Notes under the pieces: generated by a model
Database searches by the model: none
Seen by the model: only the letters and a program-made list of their open reading frames with translations
What the model was told of the DNA's origin: nothing
Part shown: one piece after another, positions 38,461 to 52,298 of the stretch
Layout: each line of letters opens with the position of its first letter
Position numbering within the stretch: position 1 is the stretch's first letter
Assembly: GCF_006345805.1 (NCBI RefSeq)
Contig: NC_043021.1
Coordinates: 18,414,001 to 18,478,000, forward strand
From: Octopus sinensis
Lineage: Eukaryota
Length of the DNA stretch: 64,000 nucleotides
Direction: 5' to 3'
Made by a program: the position numbers and the translations under genes

Positions 38461-38728
38461 ATGTGTATATTTGAAGGGCAAAACCACTAGGTGGTCAGCC
38501 GTATGCTAGAAGTAGATCACCTACAATCAAACTACAAAGAAAGGAATGTTCTCTAGAGGAAAATTCAGTGGACACCAGAACAATATGCGGGCAAGACAGA
38601 TGAAATTAAATAAAAAACCAGAATTACTCACAGACCGGCAGTTTCGCCTATTAACGAATGAATCATTTATGATCTACTTCTAGCATACGGCTGACCACCT
38701 AGTGGTTTTGCCCTTCAAATATACACAT
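38461..38728. repeat. Perfect 59-bp inverted repeat with 150-nt spacer
   Basis: 38461-38519 is the exact reverse complement of 38670-38728. Confidence 0.95.
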
Positions 38729-39006
38729 ACATATATATATAGGTATGTGCATGTGTATACGTGTGAGAGAGGCACGAACATGGCTGTGTGTTAAGAAGTT
38801 TGCTTCCCAACCACATGGTTCTGTGTTCAGTCCCACTGCATGGCACCTTGGGCAATTGCCTTCTACTATAGCCTCTGGTCGACCACAGCTTTGTGAGTGG
38901 ATTTGGTAGATGTGTGTGTGTCTGTGTGTTATTATAAAACAACACAAACAAAAGATAAACAATTAATGACGTAATAAATTTTCCTGTGTAAATCCATTTT
39001 TTTCAG

Positions 39007-39116
39007 TTGAACAAGACCAGAAGCCAGGGCCTTGCTTTTGTTGATTTCAAAGAGGGGCCAATCAACTTCCCCCCTACCTACAAATTTGATGTGGAGTCTG
39101 AAATCTATGATACCAG
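39007..39116 (+). CDS. INPP5K: 5-phosphatase exon 8: LNKTRSQGLAFVDFKEGPINFPPTYKFDVESEIYDT(S)
   Basis: ttttcag acceptor, AG|gtagg donor; FxEGPIxFPPTYKFD motif. Confidence 0.97.
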
Positions 39117-39862
39117 GTAGGTTTCTTTTCCTGCAATTTCTGTCAGGTTTTTTCTTATACCTGTTTGTGTGTGTATATAGTTGTATGTAAGTATGTGTGT
39201 ATGTGTGTTACATATATATATATATGTATGTATGTATAAAAAGTATATATAAAAATACAAAATGGGTCAAGAACGCAAAACATTCAAATAGACGACACAA
39301 AAAACGGACGGGTCATTTGAAGCCTCTAATCTTCAGTCAAGAACCGGATCATCCTCGCAATTTTGGCTGATAAATCTTGAGATTACTCCGATGTATATAT
39401 ATATCTGGAAAGAGAGAGATGTATCAAGAGAGAGAGAGAGAGAGTGAGATGGATAAATTGATAGGCTTTGCAATGTGGTTAAAATCTTTGCCCTGCAGCC
39501 AGGGGTTCTGGGTTCAACTTTGTGCGTGTCTTTGATTATAGCTTCAGGTTGTGCATGTAATTTGATTGATGAACCTTTCTGGAAGCCAATTGTGTGTGTG
39601 TGTGTTGACAGATTGTGTAAACCAATAGACAGGTTGCCGAGTACAAAAGTATCCTTGTGGTGTTTGTCCCACCAAAGTTATACAGATGCTCCCTGCCAGT
39701 CTTGTTATCATAAATGTAGTGAACCAGTGGTTGTTCTGTTACAAACTTGTGGACAGAAGAAAAGAAAGGGTGGGGGGGGGAGGTCCCAGTCCCCCCCCAC
39801 TACTAAGAGGAAGTGTTTAGGAGGGGATGGTGGAGGTGGGTGGCTGTATGCCAGGTGTTGGA

Positions 39863-40278
39863 AGGCAGCGAGTTGGCAGAAACGTTAGCATGCCGGGCGA
39901 AATGTGTGGCCGTATTTTGTCTGCCATTACGTTCTGAGTTCAAATTCCGCAGAGGTCGACTTTGCCTTTCATCCTTCCGGGGTCGATTAAATAAGTACCA
40001 GTTATGCACTGGGGTCGATGCAATCGACTTAATCCGTTTATCTGTCCTTGATTGTCCTCTCTGTGTTTAGCCCCTTGTGGGCAGTAAAGAAATAGGTATT
40101 TCGTCTGCCGCTACGTTCTGAGTTCAAATTCCGCCGAGGTTGACTTTGCCTTTCATCCTTCCGGGGTCGATTAAATAAGTACCAGTTACGCACTGGGGTC
40201 GATATAATCGACTTAATCCGTTTGTCTGTCCTTGATTGTCCTCTCTGTGTTTAGCCCCTTGTGGGTAGTAAAGAAATA
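39863..40278 (+). mobile_element. SINE family B dimer (full copy plus head-truncated copy)
   Basis: Junction aaagaaata|ggtatttcgtc near 40095; the dimer is flanked by the direct repeat gtgttggaaggc. Confidence 0.88.
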
Positions 40279-40639
40279 TGTGTTGGAAGGCTGAAGGACA
40301 AGCAAAGGGCTGTTTGTTATAAGAGAAGATATATAGCTGAAGGAGATAAGAGAAAGGAAGTGTGTGGGTGTGTGTGTGATGATTATGAAGACAGAGAGTG
40401 TTTGGTTGATGATGATCAGAGAAAGACTGTAGGAGATAGATGAATAGTGTGATTGGCAATTAGAAAAACCGGTGATGTTCAGTTGAGGTTCAGCCTTGGA
40501 GCAGCCTTGAAACAGTGGACCTGTTATCCATGACCACCCTGCATGTAGGTGGGTGGGTAATAGCTAAGGGGTTAGTAGGTAGGTTGCTAGAAAACACCTT
40601 CACTCTGCCCTGGTCCAGCCAGCTAACCATCGGTCGCAC

Positions 40640-40985
40640 TGCATGGAACCTTGGACAAGTTTCTTCTACTATAGCCTCTGTTCAACCAAAGCCTTGAGAG
40701 TGGATTTTGGTAGATGGAAACTGAAAGAAGCCCATCGTGTGTGTGTGTATGTGTATCTATGTGTGTATGTCTTTGTGTCTGTGTTTGTCCCCCCCATCTC
40801 CACTTGACAACCGGTGTTAGTGTATTTACATCCCCGTAACTTAGCAATTTGGCAAAAGGGACAATAGAATAAGTACTAGGCTCAAGAAACAAGTCCTGGG
40901 GTCGATTTGTTCAACTAAAACCATTCAAGGCAGTGCTCCAGCGTGGCCACAGTCAAATGACTGAAACAGGTAAAAGAATAAAAGA
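40640..40985 (+). mobile_element. SINE family A, head-truncated
   Basis: Consensus match. Confidence 0.8.
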
Positions 40986-41184
40986 ATGTATTGTTATTGT
41001 TGGTGTTAGAGGTTATGATGGTGATGTTGGTATTGTTTGATGCCAGTACAGTGGTGGTGGTCATGGAACACTCTGTTTTAATATATTGTCTCTTTCTTCT
41101 TGTTTTTTCTCTCTCTCTCTCTCTCCCTCTCTTTCTTCTTTCCCTATACATCACCACTGCCACCACCACCTGCTCCTTTTCCAG

Positions 41185-41347
41185 TGAGAAGCAACGCGTC
41201 CCTGCTTGGTGCGACAGAATACTCTGGTTGGCCCACGACGACAGCTACGAAGGCGTGCATCTCGACGTGAAGCAGCTGCACTATAAACACCACCCCAGCT
41301 ACAAGACCAGTGACCACCGGCCAGTTACATCTCTGTTTGAGGTCAAG
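41185..41347 (+). CDS. INPP5K: 5-phosphatase exon 9: (S)[54 protein letters not shown]
   Basis: ttttccag acceptor, AAG|gtaag donor; catalytic motif PAWCDRILW and SDHRPV. Confidence 0.97.
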
Positions 41348-42694
41348 GTAAGAGATATGGAGACAATGAAACCATGGACTAACTTTCTCTTGAACCGACC
41401 TTTTGCTTCCAACTACGCTAACTAACAAACTGACCGCATCACCCTCCTGGGACATGGTACCACCCCATATCATGCACACACACACATACATTCCTTACCT
41501 GCTCTTCCTCTGTGATACTTCACATAACACCTCACCTCACTATACCTTACCTCACCACATAATATCAATGAAATTTCACACCAACCCTTGTTACCACCAC
41601 CACCATCAACCCTTGCCACCACCACCTCCAACCCTCGTCACCACCACCCCTACCAGACATCCTCTTTTTGTTCCCTCCCTCTCCACTGCATTCTACCCCA
41701 AATAATTGGGAAGTGTTATGTCTAAGCCCCACCCTTGACTGTCATGTAACTGGATACCCTCCACCACTTCTACCCTGTCTTATCTGTTCTCTCCTTCTAA
41801 TGATGTAACCCCCCCCCCGTGTCCCAGAAGGGGATCCTCCCCCACCACCTCCATCACTACCATACCAGTATCTGTCCTGTCTTCATAAGTCATTCAGTCA
41901 GTTCCCCAGGAAACTATACCACCACTACCACCAATCATATGACCCCGGTGCCCTATCAGTGAATATTATTCCTCCTCTCTGTCTGTCTGTCTGTCTGTCT
42001 CTCATTCTCCTCACCTTCTCGCCGCCTCCCCCACCGTTACTGATGGGTGGAGACAGAAACGAAAAAATTTGTGCTAAAAAACACATCACAATGTAAATTA
42101 GTTGCTATTTGGCAGGAGGGAGGTGGGAATGGTGGAGATGGTGAAGGGGGTCCCTTGTAAATTATAGGTAATTCTGAACCCCCCCCACGTCTATCTATGA
42201 TTGCTCATGACTGTGATGAAGATGATGATGATGGTGGTGGTAGTGAAAAGGGCAGAAGAAGAAGAAGAAACAATATTCCATGTGAAACCCTAAACTTCTT
42301 CCTAACACACAACAATAACTACAAAACATTTAAGTCAGTACCATGGCTGTGGTGGGGAACGGTGGGGTCTCTCTATTTCATTTTTTTGTAACCCAATCTG
42401 AGCTTTTGGGAAACAAAGGTTCACCATCCAGTTTTTACATATCCTGTCTAAAGCCACTCTATTTATTTTACCTCCAAGATTAGTCTGTGAAGTGCATGAA
42501 CAGCTCAACACGTCATCTACAATCACTTATAATGTAGATGCATATGTGAACACCTTGCCTCTGCTATACCAGTTTGGCAGTTCAGTGCTAGGTGTACCGG
42601 TAACACACACACACACACACACATTATATGGCCACAGGCAAGTCTTGTGATGCAAACACGAAAATAGAACACAAAACACGAATATATATAAGAT

Positions 42695-43010
42695 CTTTTA
42701 CTTGCTTCACTCATTTGACTGTGGCCATGCTGGAGCATCTCCTTGAAGAATTTTAGTCGAAAAATTCGACCTATTGATTTTTGTTAAAGCTTGGTACTTA
42801 TTTTATCGGTCTCTTTTGCTGAACTGATAAGTCACAGAGACGTAAACACACCAACACCTACACACACATGTAAATATATATATATATATATGCAATGAGC
42901 CTCTTTTAGTTTCCATCTATCAAATCCGTTCACAAGCCTTTTGTTGGCCTGAGGCTATAGAAGACACTTGTCCAAGGTGCCAAGCAGCAAGATTGAACCC
43001 AGAACCATGT
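42695..43010 (-). mobile_element. SINE family A, diverged
   Basis: Consensus match. Confidence 0.8.
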
Positions 43011-43052
43011 GTTGGGTTCAATCCTTTCTTTCCAGAGATATGCCCGTGTCTA

Positions 43053-43096
<44 letters not shown>

Positions 43097-43551
43097 TATA
43101 TAATATATATATAGGGTTTTTTTTATTATAATCGGCAGAAGTTACAGAGTGACTCGAGGGCCAAGAGTTTCATCTGTTGGTGCTTACCAAACATGACCGT
43201 GTGGTCGAGAAATTTCTGGTTCAGTCCTATTGTGAAACACCTTGACTGTCCTGAACCTGCTGGAGGATGAACTCAACCATTTCTGATAATGGCCACGGAG
43301 GACGTATCCTTCCTTTTTTTCAACCCTTCAACATGAAGCAACCTGCGATATTTAAGTAGATCTTCAAGTTGTTGTGGTTCTGGTAAGGGTTTCATCTCAT
43401 TGGACCTTTTCAGTTTCTTTCACTGACACATACACAAGAGACAGACAAATACATACACATATACATACTTATATGCAAACATACATATATATATACATGC
43501 ATGCATGCATACATACATATATACATACTTATATGCATACATATATAATAG

Positions 43552-43609
<58 letters not shown>

Positions 43610-43768
43610 CATGCATGCATGCATACTTACAAATACATACATATATACATACTTATATGCATATATAGATATATGCATACATGCATGCATACATAAAAAT
43701 ACATACATATATGCATACATATATACATACTTATATGCATACACACACACACACACACACTATATATA

Positions 43769-43799
<31 letters not shown>

Positions 43800-45084
43800 C
43801 ATATATATATACTTATATGCATACATATATATACATGCATGCATGCATACACACAAATACATACACATATGCGTACATATGTACATATATATATACATAC
43901 ATACACACTTATATGCATACATACTTACATATATGTATGCATACATGCACATACATACATGCATACACATACATGCATTTCATATAAACATGCATATGTG
44001 CATACATACATAGATGCACGCATATAACAGATGCAACCTGTAAGTAGATCTGTGAAAATATGCAAAACTTTTTCCGAGTTGAACACGTGACATTGATTTT
44101 GTTAATTGCATTCCGACAATGGAGCTTTGTATCTTTGTCAGAAATCTGATCCTTCTTTACAGGAAGGCTTTGAATAATTCAAAATAGAAGAGCGGACACA
44201 CACACACACGGACACACGGACACACACATTTTTTGAAAATACTAAGGCAGTTATATTTAATTAAGCCACATGTGTTCAGATTCCTCCCTGTAATATATTT
44301 CCTCCCACCAAGGGCCGGTCTAACTGGGAATCGCAATCACAATACCATTCTTTCTCTATTTCTTTTTCACCTCATTTTTTTGTTTTCTTTTTTCCTCGCT
44401 TCTTAATACTAATTTATGTTTTGCCATACTTCCCTGTCACCAAATGGCCCAGCTGGAGCACACTTTGTTTACTAAAATCACTGCTGTATGTAGATATTGT
44501 GCCTTGACTGTGATACTAACATCTTTTTGGAACATTTTTCCAACAACTTTATACACACCATGTAGCCATTATATAGTCATGTTTATACATACATTCTTAC
44601 ATATATATATATATACAAATATATACATATAATATTTGTATATATATATATATACTCAGTAGCTGTTATACTGTCATTTGTTTATACATATACCACAGGT
44701 GTTACCATGTATATATGTATGTGTGTGTATATATATTTATATATATATATATATATATTCCATCTTCTAGGGTTTTTTACCCATATTTCAAGGGTGTTTT
44801 CACAGCTATCATACATTCGAAATTCACTTTATTCTATACACACACACACACACGCACACACACACATGTATATTGATTATAATCATTATAATCCGTTCAC
44901 AAGCCTTTTGTTGGCCTGAGGCTATAGAAGACACTTGTCCAAGGTGCCATTATAATGATTATAATGAATGGGAAAAATAGCGTTCTATACCTGTTGTTGA
45001 ATATAATTAATTGTTTTAAATATATATATATACATACATATATATATATATATCTGTGTGTGTTGTTACTCTAAGTTTCTCCAG

Positions 45085-45105
45085 GTACACAACTCCTTCC
45101 TTTGA
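45085..45105 (+). CDS. INPP5K: Candidate terminal coding exon (VHNSFL*) of the 5-phosphatase, giving a 320-aa protein
   Basis: tttctccag acceptor, phase 0 compatible, gives ...LFEVKV, stop TGA, AATAAA at 45161-45166; other acceptors or an exon outside the window cannot be excluded. Confidence 0.4.
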   Translation, partial: VHNSFL

Positions 45106-45199
45106 TGGTAAATATTGAATTTCATCGTCCGAAGAAGTGGTTGTGTTTTGTAGATCTTAGAATAAAGACATATCTTACATCATCCAGATAAGTTCATAC

Positions 45200-45820
45200 A
45201 CACACACACATTCATTTATATATACATATGTATATACACACACATGTACACACATACATACACACACATTCATTCATTTATATATACATATGTATACACA
45301 CACAAACCCGTATATACACACACATGTACACACATACATACACACACATTCATTCATTTATATATACATATGTATACACACACAAACCCGTATATACACA
45401 CACATGTACACACATACATACACACACATTCATTCATTTATATATACATATGTATACACACACAAACCCGTATATACACACACATGTACACACATTCATT
45501 TATATATACATATGTATACACACACAAACTCGTATATACACACCCATGTACACACACACATACATACACACACACATATCCATTGAAGAGAAGACAAAAG
45601 AAAATTCTTTAACACATCTAAAGACTTTTCCTTGTCTTCTCCTTTTTTTGGGGTTATTTTTTCTCTTTGTGAAACCCTTTTTACGGTGTAACTGTTTTGA
45701 AACTTGGATATTCTACACCTGAGGAATTCCAAGTTTGGCCTGGGACCCGACAGTGTTGGAAGCACCATATTCGGGTTGAGTGCTTCTCTGGAAATACCCC
45801 AACTTGACACCCTACCTCTT

Positions 45821-45880
<60 letters not shown>

Positions 45881-47045
45881 TTATATACACACCCACATAT
45901 TTATATACACACACACACACACATATTTATATATATACACACACACACACACACATATATTTATATACACACCCACATACACATATATTTATATACACAC
46001 CCAAATATTTATATACACACACATACACATATATTTATATACACAACTACATATTTATATACACACATATTTATATATATACACACACACACACACATAT
46101 ATTTATATACACACCCACATATTTATATACACACACACATATTTATATATATACACACACACATATATATATTTATATACACACCCACATATTTATACAC
46201 ACACACACACACACACACATTTATATATATACACACACACATATATATTTATATACACACACCCACATATTTATATACACACACACATATTTATATATAT
46301 ACACACACACATATATATATTTATATACACACCCACATATTTATATACACACACACACACATATTTATATATATACACACACACATATATTTATATACAC
46401 ACATACATATTTATATACACACACACACACACATATTTATATACACACACCCACATATTTATATTACACACACACATACACATATATTTATATACACACC
46501 CACATGTTTATATACACACACACATATTTATATATACACACACACACACGCATATATATTTATATACACACACACATATTTATATACACACACACATATT
46601 TATATACACACACATATTTATATATATACACACACACACACATATATTTATATACACACCCACATATTTATATACACACACACATATTATATATATACAC
46701 ACACACACATATTTATATACACACACACATATTTATATACACACACACATATTTATATATACACACACACACATATTTATATACACACCCACATATTTAT
46801 ATACACACACATATTTATATATACACACACACACATTTATATACACACACACATATTTATATACACACACACATATTTATATATACACACACACATATAT
46901 ATTTATATACACACCCACACATATTTATATACACACACACATATTTATATACACACACACATATTTATATATACACACACACATATATATTTATATACAC
47001 ACCCACACATATTTATATACACACACACACATACACATGCACATA
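45200..47045. repeat. AC/AT-rich minisatellites (80-bp period at 45281-45520; acatatttatatacac array at 45870-47040)
   Basis: Direct inspection; source of the long H/T/Y/I ORFs. Confidence 0.92.
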
Positions 47046-48514
47046 CATGCATCCACGGTGAACTCTTCCGTTGTAGACAAAAAGGTAAGGGTGCCCCGCA
47101 GTTCCTCGTTTGAACCACCTGCCCAGGTGATTCGTTTTATAGTGATCAGATTTCCATGCTGCACATTAGCTCATTCCCTCCATCAAATCGACATTGCCCC
47201 AGCAGGGACACGGCATGTGTGTCACATGCCAGATGTCAAAGTGATCACAGAGCTATGTGGCATGAAGTGTCTTGCTCAAGAACACAATGCACCACCCGGT
47301 GAGAGAATTGAAACTACCGTTTCATGATTGTGGGTGCAATGCCCTGACCACTAGGCTACTTGCCCACACACACACACACACACACACATACACACACTTA
47401 CATACATATGCATACATAATACACATATACATATATATATAAGCACACCTACTCATGATATTTCTACCTGTTTCATATTTCCTAATGTATAAACAAGGTG
47501 TTGCATCTCTGAAGCACAACTACTTTGTTTTATAAAATAATATTATTATTATTATAATAATAATGCTGAAGCCTACCATATAATAATAATAATAATGTTC
47601 ATCACACTTTTTGCTTATTGATCCCTGGTATGGCTCTGGTGTTCTGCGATTTCTCTCTATTTTGCTATCGTTTCAACAATATTCCTCATGTGACAATCTC
47701 TGTCTTAATTATTTTATTTTCTACATTTTTTTGCAACACATTGTGAGAGAACTGAATTTTACAGAGATTTGTTCCTTTTTTTTATGATATTGTGGAGTTG
47801 CTTTGAGAGAGAGAGAGATTTAGCTGTTATTACTAGTAGATCAAGAGACCACATAGAAGCTTTTATATTGAGCAACAGCACATGAGTTGTTGTTGGTTGT
47901 TGTCCGCCTCATTTCAGTGTTGATTCAGCAGGCATATGGTCAAAGACGGTCTAGTCTTTTACAGTGGAACCTCAGTTTTCCTATTTAATTTGTTTCTGGT
48001 AGCTGTTCATCACCTGAAATGATTGTAGACCAAAGCTATTTTTCCCTTAGAAAATTCAAGAGAATACACAGCGAATTCGGGTAGGGACGTGCACTGAAGG
48101 AAAACTAGGTCCCCAACCGATACTTTCCTGCTTATACTCCCAACATGTCACCAACCATTGGTTGCCAATTTGCTTGTTTGGTACTTGAGAATCCGTTTGT
48201 CACCTGAAGCATTTTATATTCTAGAAATTGTTCATAAGAGGCTTTCGTAAACTAAGGCCCCACTGTAAATATGATATACTAAAAGGGTAGACTGGAGAGC
48301 AACAGGCATTGGATTAGGGTATCACACATTTATACACATTCACCAATGTAGGGAGAAACACCTGCATGTAAAGGAGTGTAATTACACGTCTCCTTTTATG
48401 ATCAAAAGCAACGACAATCTGGTCTTTTAAAGAGATTTTAAATATCTATCTGTCTACCTATATATATGTGTGTGTGTGTGTATATATGTATGTGTATGTG
48501 TGTGTATATATATA

Positions 48515-48914
48515 TATATATATACGTATATGTATGTATGTATATATTGGACTACATTGTTCAGTGTGTCCCTTCTTCTTGTTAGGGTGTAATTCAAAGG
48601 AGATCCCACTGATATTTCTTGCTGGAGGTTCGTTATTGTCTTACTGGTATTGTGTTGCAGTGTTGTGTTGTTTATATTGGTGTGTGTGTGTATATATATA
48701 TATATATTATATATATATATATATATTATATATATATATATATATATACGTATATGTATGTATGTATATATTGGACTACATTGTTCAGTGTGTCCCTTCT
48801 TCTTGTTAGGGTGTAATTCAAAGGAGATCCCACTGATATTTCTTGCTGGAGGTTCGTTATTGTCTTACTGGTATTGTGTTGCAGTGTTGTGTTGTTTATA
48901 TTGGTGTGTGTGTG

Positions 48915-48935
<21 letters not shown>
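48515..48935. repeat. Tandem duplication of about 220 bp with TA-tract junctions
   Basis: cgtatatgtatgtatgtatatattggactacattg...tattggtgtgtg occurs twice, apparently identical. Confidence 0.92.
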
Positions 48936-48960
<25 letters not shown>

Positions 48961-49098
48961 TATATGTATGTATATGTATTTAAAAGTCTTTGCAAAAATT
49001 GGGGGAAAAATAAAATGCCACAAACCTTTTTAGAAAGAAGGTTTTTTTATTGTGTGTAAGTGCTTTCATTATATTCATGTCTGTATATCTTCATGGCA

Positions 49099-49134
<36 letters not shown>

Positions 49135-49814
49135 TTTCCATTATTGCTTCTTGTAACACCCTCCCACCCAGTCACTCTGTCTTCCTATCATACTCTTACT
49201 TCTTTCTCCCTTCCTCCCTTTTTCATCTTCTACAATCACCCCACCCCCATCCTTCTGTCCACCGGCTGTCTCGGTTGTGTTACCCTGAATGAATGGAGTC
49301 AGTATAGAATAGTGAGGACTCCCTAGTGTCACGGGCCACAGACTAACTTCACTAGGGCTGGTACCAGGAATAAAGCCACGCAATGCCTCTTGTAATGTGT
49401 TTGGCAAATGAGTGAAGACACTGTAGGCAGAGGGGTCCCTTTATTCTTATCAAGGACATGACACCCTGTCTGGCTCCAGGGCCTTGATAAAGTGCATCCA
49501 TTGCACTATGAAAAGTGGCTGGTTTTAGGACGGGTGTCTGGCCATAGAAGACATGCCAGAAACATAGGGTTGGTGAGGTGAGTTGCAGGTCAGGTGCTGG
49601 GGATCAATGGGGTTGGCTTGTGCCCTCATCTCAAAATTGCAGACCTTAAGCCCTGTCAAATGCTGAGGGTCAGTGTGATCAACTTGTCCTCTCATCTCAA
49701 AATTTCTGACCTTGAGTCCTGGGGTTTCATTTATGTGTTAAATGTTGTGATTTGAGCCCCTTATATGCCATGGAAATTGGATTAAACTCTGGCCTTATGA
49801 GTCCGAGGGTCATT

Positions 49815-50410
49815 TTATCTTTTACTTGTTTCAGTCATTAGACTGTGGCCATGCTGGGGCACTTACCTTGAAGAACTTTAGTCAAACGAATTGAGTACTT
49901 ATTATTATAAAGCCTGGGGCTTATTCTATCAGCGTCTTTTGCTGAACTTCTAAGCTATGGGGATATAAACACACCAATACTAGTCATCAAGTGGTGGGAT
50001 GGGGGGGGGCAACTACATACATAATCACACACACACATGTGTATATGTATGTCCAATATATATATATATATACACTCTCGGAGTGGTTGGCATTAGGAAG
50101 GGCATCCAGCTGTAGAAACTCTGCCAGATCAGACTGGAGCCTGGTGCAGCCATCTGGCTCGCCAGCCCTCAGTCAAAATCGTCCAACCCATGCTAGCATG
50201 GAAAGCGGACGTTAAACGATGTTGATGATGATAATGATGATATATATACACACATGATGGGCTTCTTTCAGTTTCCATCTACCAAATCCACTCACAAGCC
50301 TTTGGCTGGCCAGAGGCTATAGTAGAGGACACTTGCTCAAGTTGCCACGCAGTGGGACTGAAACCAGAACCATGCGGTTGGGAAGCAAATTTATTACCAC
50401 ACGGCCACGC
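49815..50410 (-). mobile_element. SINE family A interrupted by an RTE-type 3' tail (50073-50240, +)
   Basis: Insert ggttggcattaggaagggcatccagc...gcatggaaagcggacgttaaacgatg-(gat)n; the same tail occurs inverted at 51380-51535. Confidence 0.75.
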
Positions 50411-50809
50411 AAGAAAAACAAAAGCCGTGGTCCTCATACACTCATGCAGGTGCGTACTAACAGCGAACAAGGACTGACTATGGGCTGTGACAACCCATCT
50501 CCTCCACACCAGTGAGGTAAGTAGGCATAAAACGGTAATGATGATGATGATGATGATTCAAGCGTATTCCAAACAAACTTTCTCTAAGTATTCTAGAAAC
50601 ACAATATAGACTGTTATTAAAATTTCTATACACACAATTGTGGAATTCTGTTATGGGAAAGGACATTCAGTTTTTAATATTTAATTATGGTGATCATCAC
50701 GCCCTGTTTAACTACAATCACGCATCACCGATTCTGTGGGGTTTATTATGATGGCAGCTGTTAATGGTTTTCTGAAGGTCTTACAATGGTGTTTAAAAGT
50801 TTATCTGTC

Positions 50810-50847
<38 letters not shown>

Positions 50848-51379
50848 TATATATATATATATATAAATAGATGAGTGTACTTTTACCTTGTTAACAATTA
50901 ACACGGAAAAATAAATAAATAGTTACCAGGGTAGCAAAAATCTCACAAGTAAAGAGGTTGTAACTCCTTGTTTATAAAGGTAGAAACTTCATGTTTACGT
51001 GGAATATTTTGAATAATATATGAATAAATAAATAGAGTTTAACACAGGTGTGTATATATGTATGTATGTATGTATGTATAGAGAGGTGGCCTACTGACCC
51101 ACTTTGACACCCTTCCACACATTCTTCTCAACACTATTTACTAAACACTCACACACACACAGACACACACTCACCATTCACCATTATCTCATTACATGGT
51201 TTAATACCTTTTCTGCTTCACCTACCACCTCACACTCCTCTGCTCATTTCTCTTCCTCATTGATTTTCACTTCAATTCAGATCCGGTTTGCTCTGGTCGC
51301 ATATTACATTTGCCTCAATATCTTGAGTATTTCTGTGAAACAATATATTTCTGTGATCAGCCAGTTCGCACACACACAT

Positions 51380-51750
51380 CATCATCATCATCATCATTTA
51401 GTGTCCGTTTTCCATGCTAGCATGGGTTGGACGGTTCAACTGGGGTCTGTGAAGCCAGAAGGCTGCATCAGGCCCAGTCAGATCTGGCAGTGTTTCTACG
51501 GCTGGATGCCCTTCCTAACGCCAACCACTCCGCAAGTGTAGTGGGTGCTTTTTACGTGCCAGACGGAGCTGGCAAACGGCCACGAATGGATGGTGCTTTT
51601 ACGTACCACCGGCACGGGGGCCAGGCGAGGCTGGCAATGGACATGAACGGATGGTGCTTTTACGTGCCACTGGCACGGAGGCCAGTCGGGGCGGCGCTGG
51701 CAACGGCCACAGCCACGAACGGATGGTGCTTTTTACGTGCCACCGACACA
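51380..51750 (-). mobile_element. RTE-type 3' tail element with internal short tandem repeats (ggatggtgcttttacgtgccac)
   Basis: Reverse complement of 50073-50240 plus repeated units. Confidence 0.7.
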
Positions 51751-51921
51751 CATATGAAATAGGGGGTGTTTTTCTATCATTCGTGTTATTTCAAAGACAT
51801 CTCCGTGTTTGAGTTTATATTCAGGATTTCTCATATTTTCTTATTAATCCTTGATGTTCAGTTTAGAGTGCTCGTATTCTGAAATCCTTCTTGGTCTCAT
51901 CATCAGAGTGAAATCGTGGTA

Positions 51922-52152
51922 TTAACTGTTTAGCATTCACACCGGCCACATCCGGTCAAAATAGTTAATCTGTTTGATGTTGAAACTGGCCAGATCTGGT
52001 CTCTCACCTCAACCCTACAATGTCCATTCTAAAATTAAACAATCACAACATTGAAATCCCTAAACTACAAGATGGTGCATGATAAATTCAAACCAACATA
52101 TATTTTATCAAACATTATATTTGACAGAACCACCTGAATGCCAAAGGGTTAA
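51922..52152. mobile_element. Diverged P2 TTAA MITE
   Basis: TTAA at both ends, right end AAAGGG; collinear with 59863-60083. Confidence 0.75.
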
Positions 52153-52245
52153 TTGTGCACTTTGCAATTGCTCACGAGGTACTTGGTCGTGTATGTGTGT
52201 GTGTGTGTGTGTATGTATGTGTGTACATATATATATGTATGTGTA

Positions 52246-52295
<50 letters not shown>

Positions 52296-52298
<3 letters not shown>

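Noticed and set aside
41348-41425. Read-through C-terminus [10 protein letters not shown]...YAN*
   Set aside because: Begins at a consensus AAG|gtaag donor, so it is more likely intron
42479-42600. Open frame LVCEVHEQLNTSSTITYNVDAY as a possible SKICH exon
   Set aside because: Phase incompatible with exon 9, weak acceptor and no WDWIG motif
44163-44177. Alternative terminal exon EGFE*
   Set aside because: Plausible acceptor but no nearby AATAAA seen and no family resemblance; kept only as an alternative
45704-47327. Long ORFs of 469 and 515 aa
   Set aside because: Translations of AC/AT minisatellite (H/T/Y/I only), open in several frames, no domain
51865-51910. CTGATGA hammerhead-like core on the minus strand
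   Set aside because: GAAT instead of GAAA, and no stem I partner found
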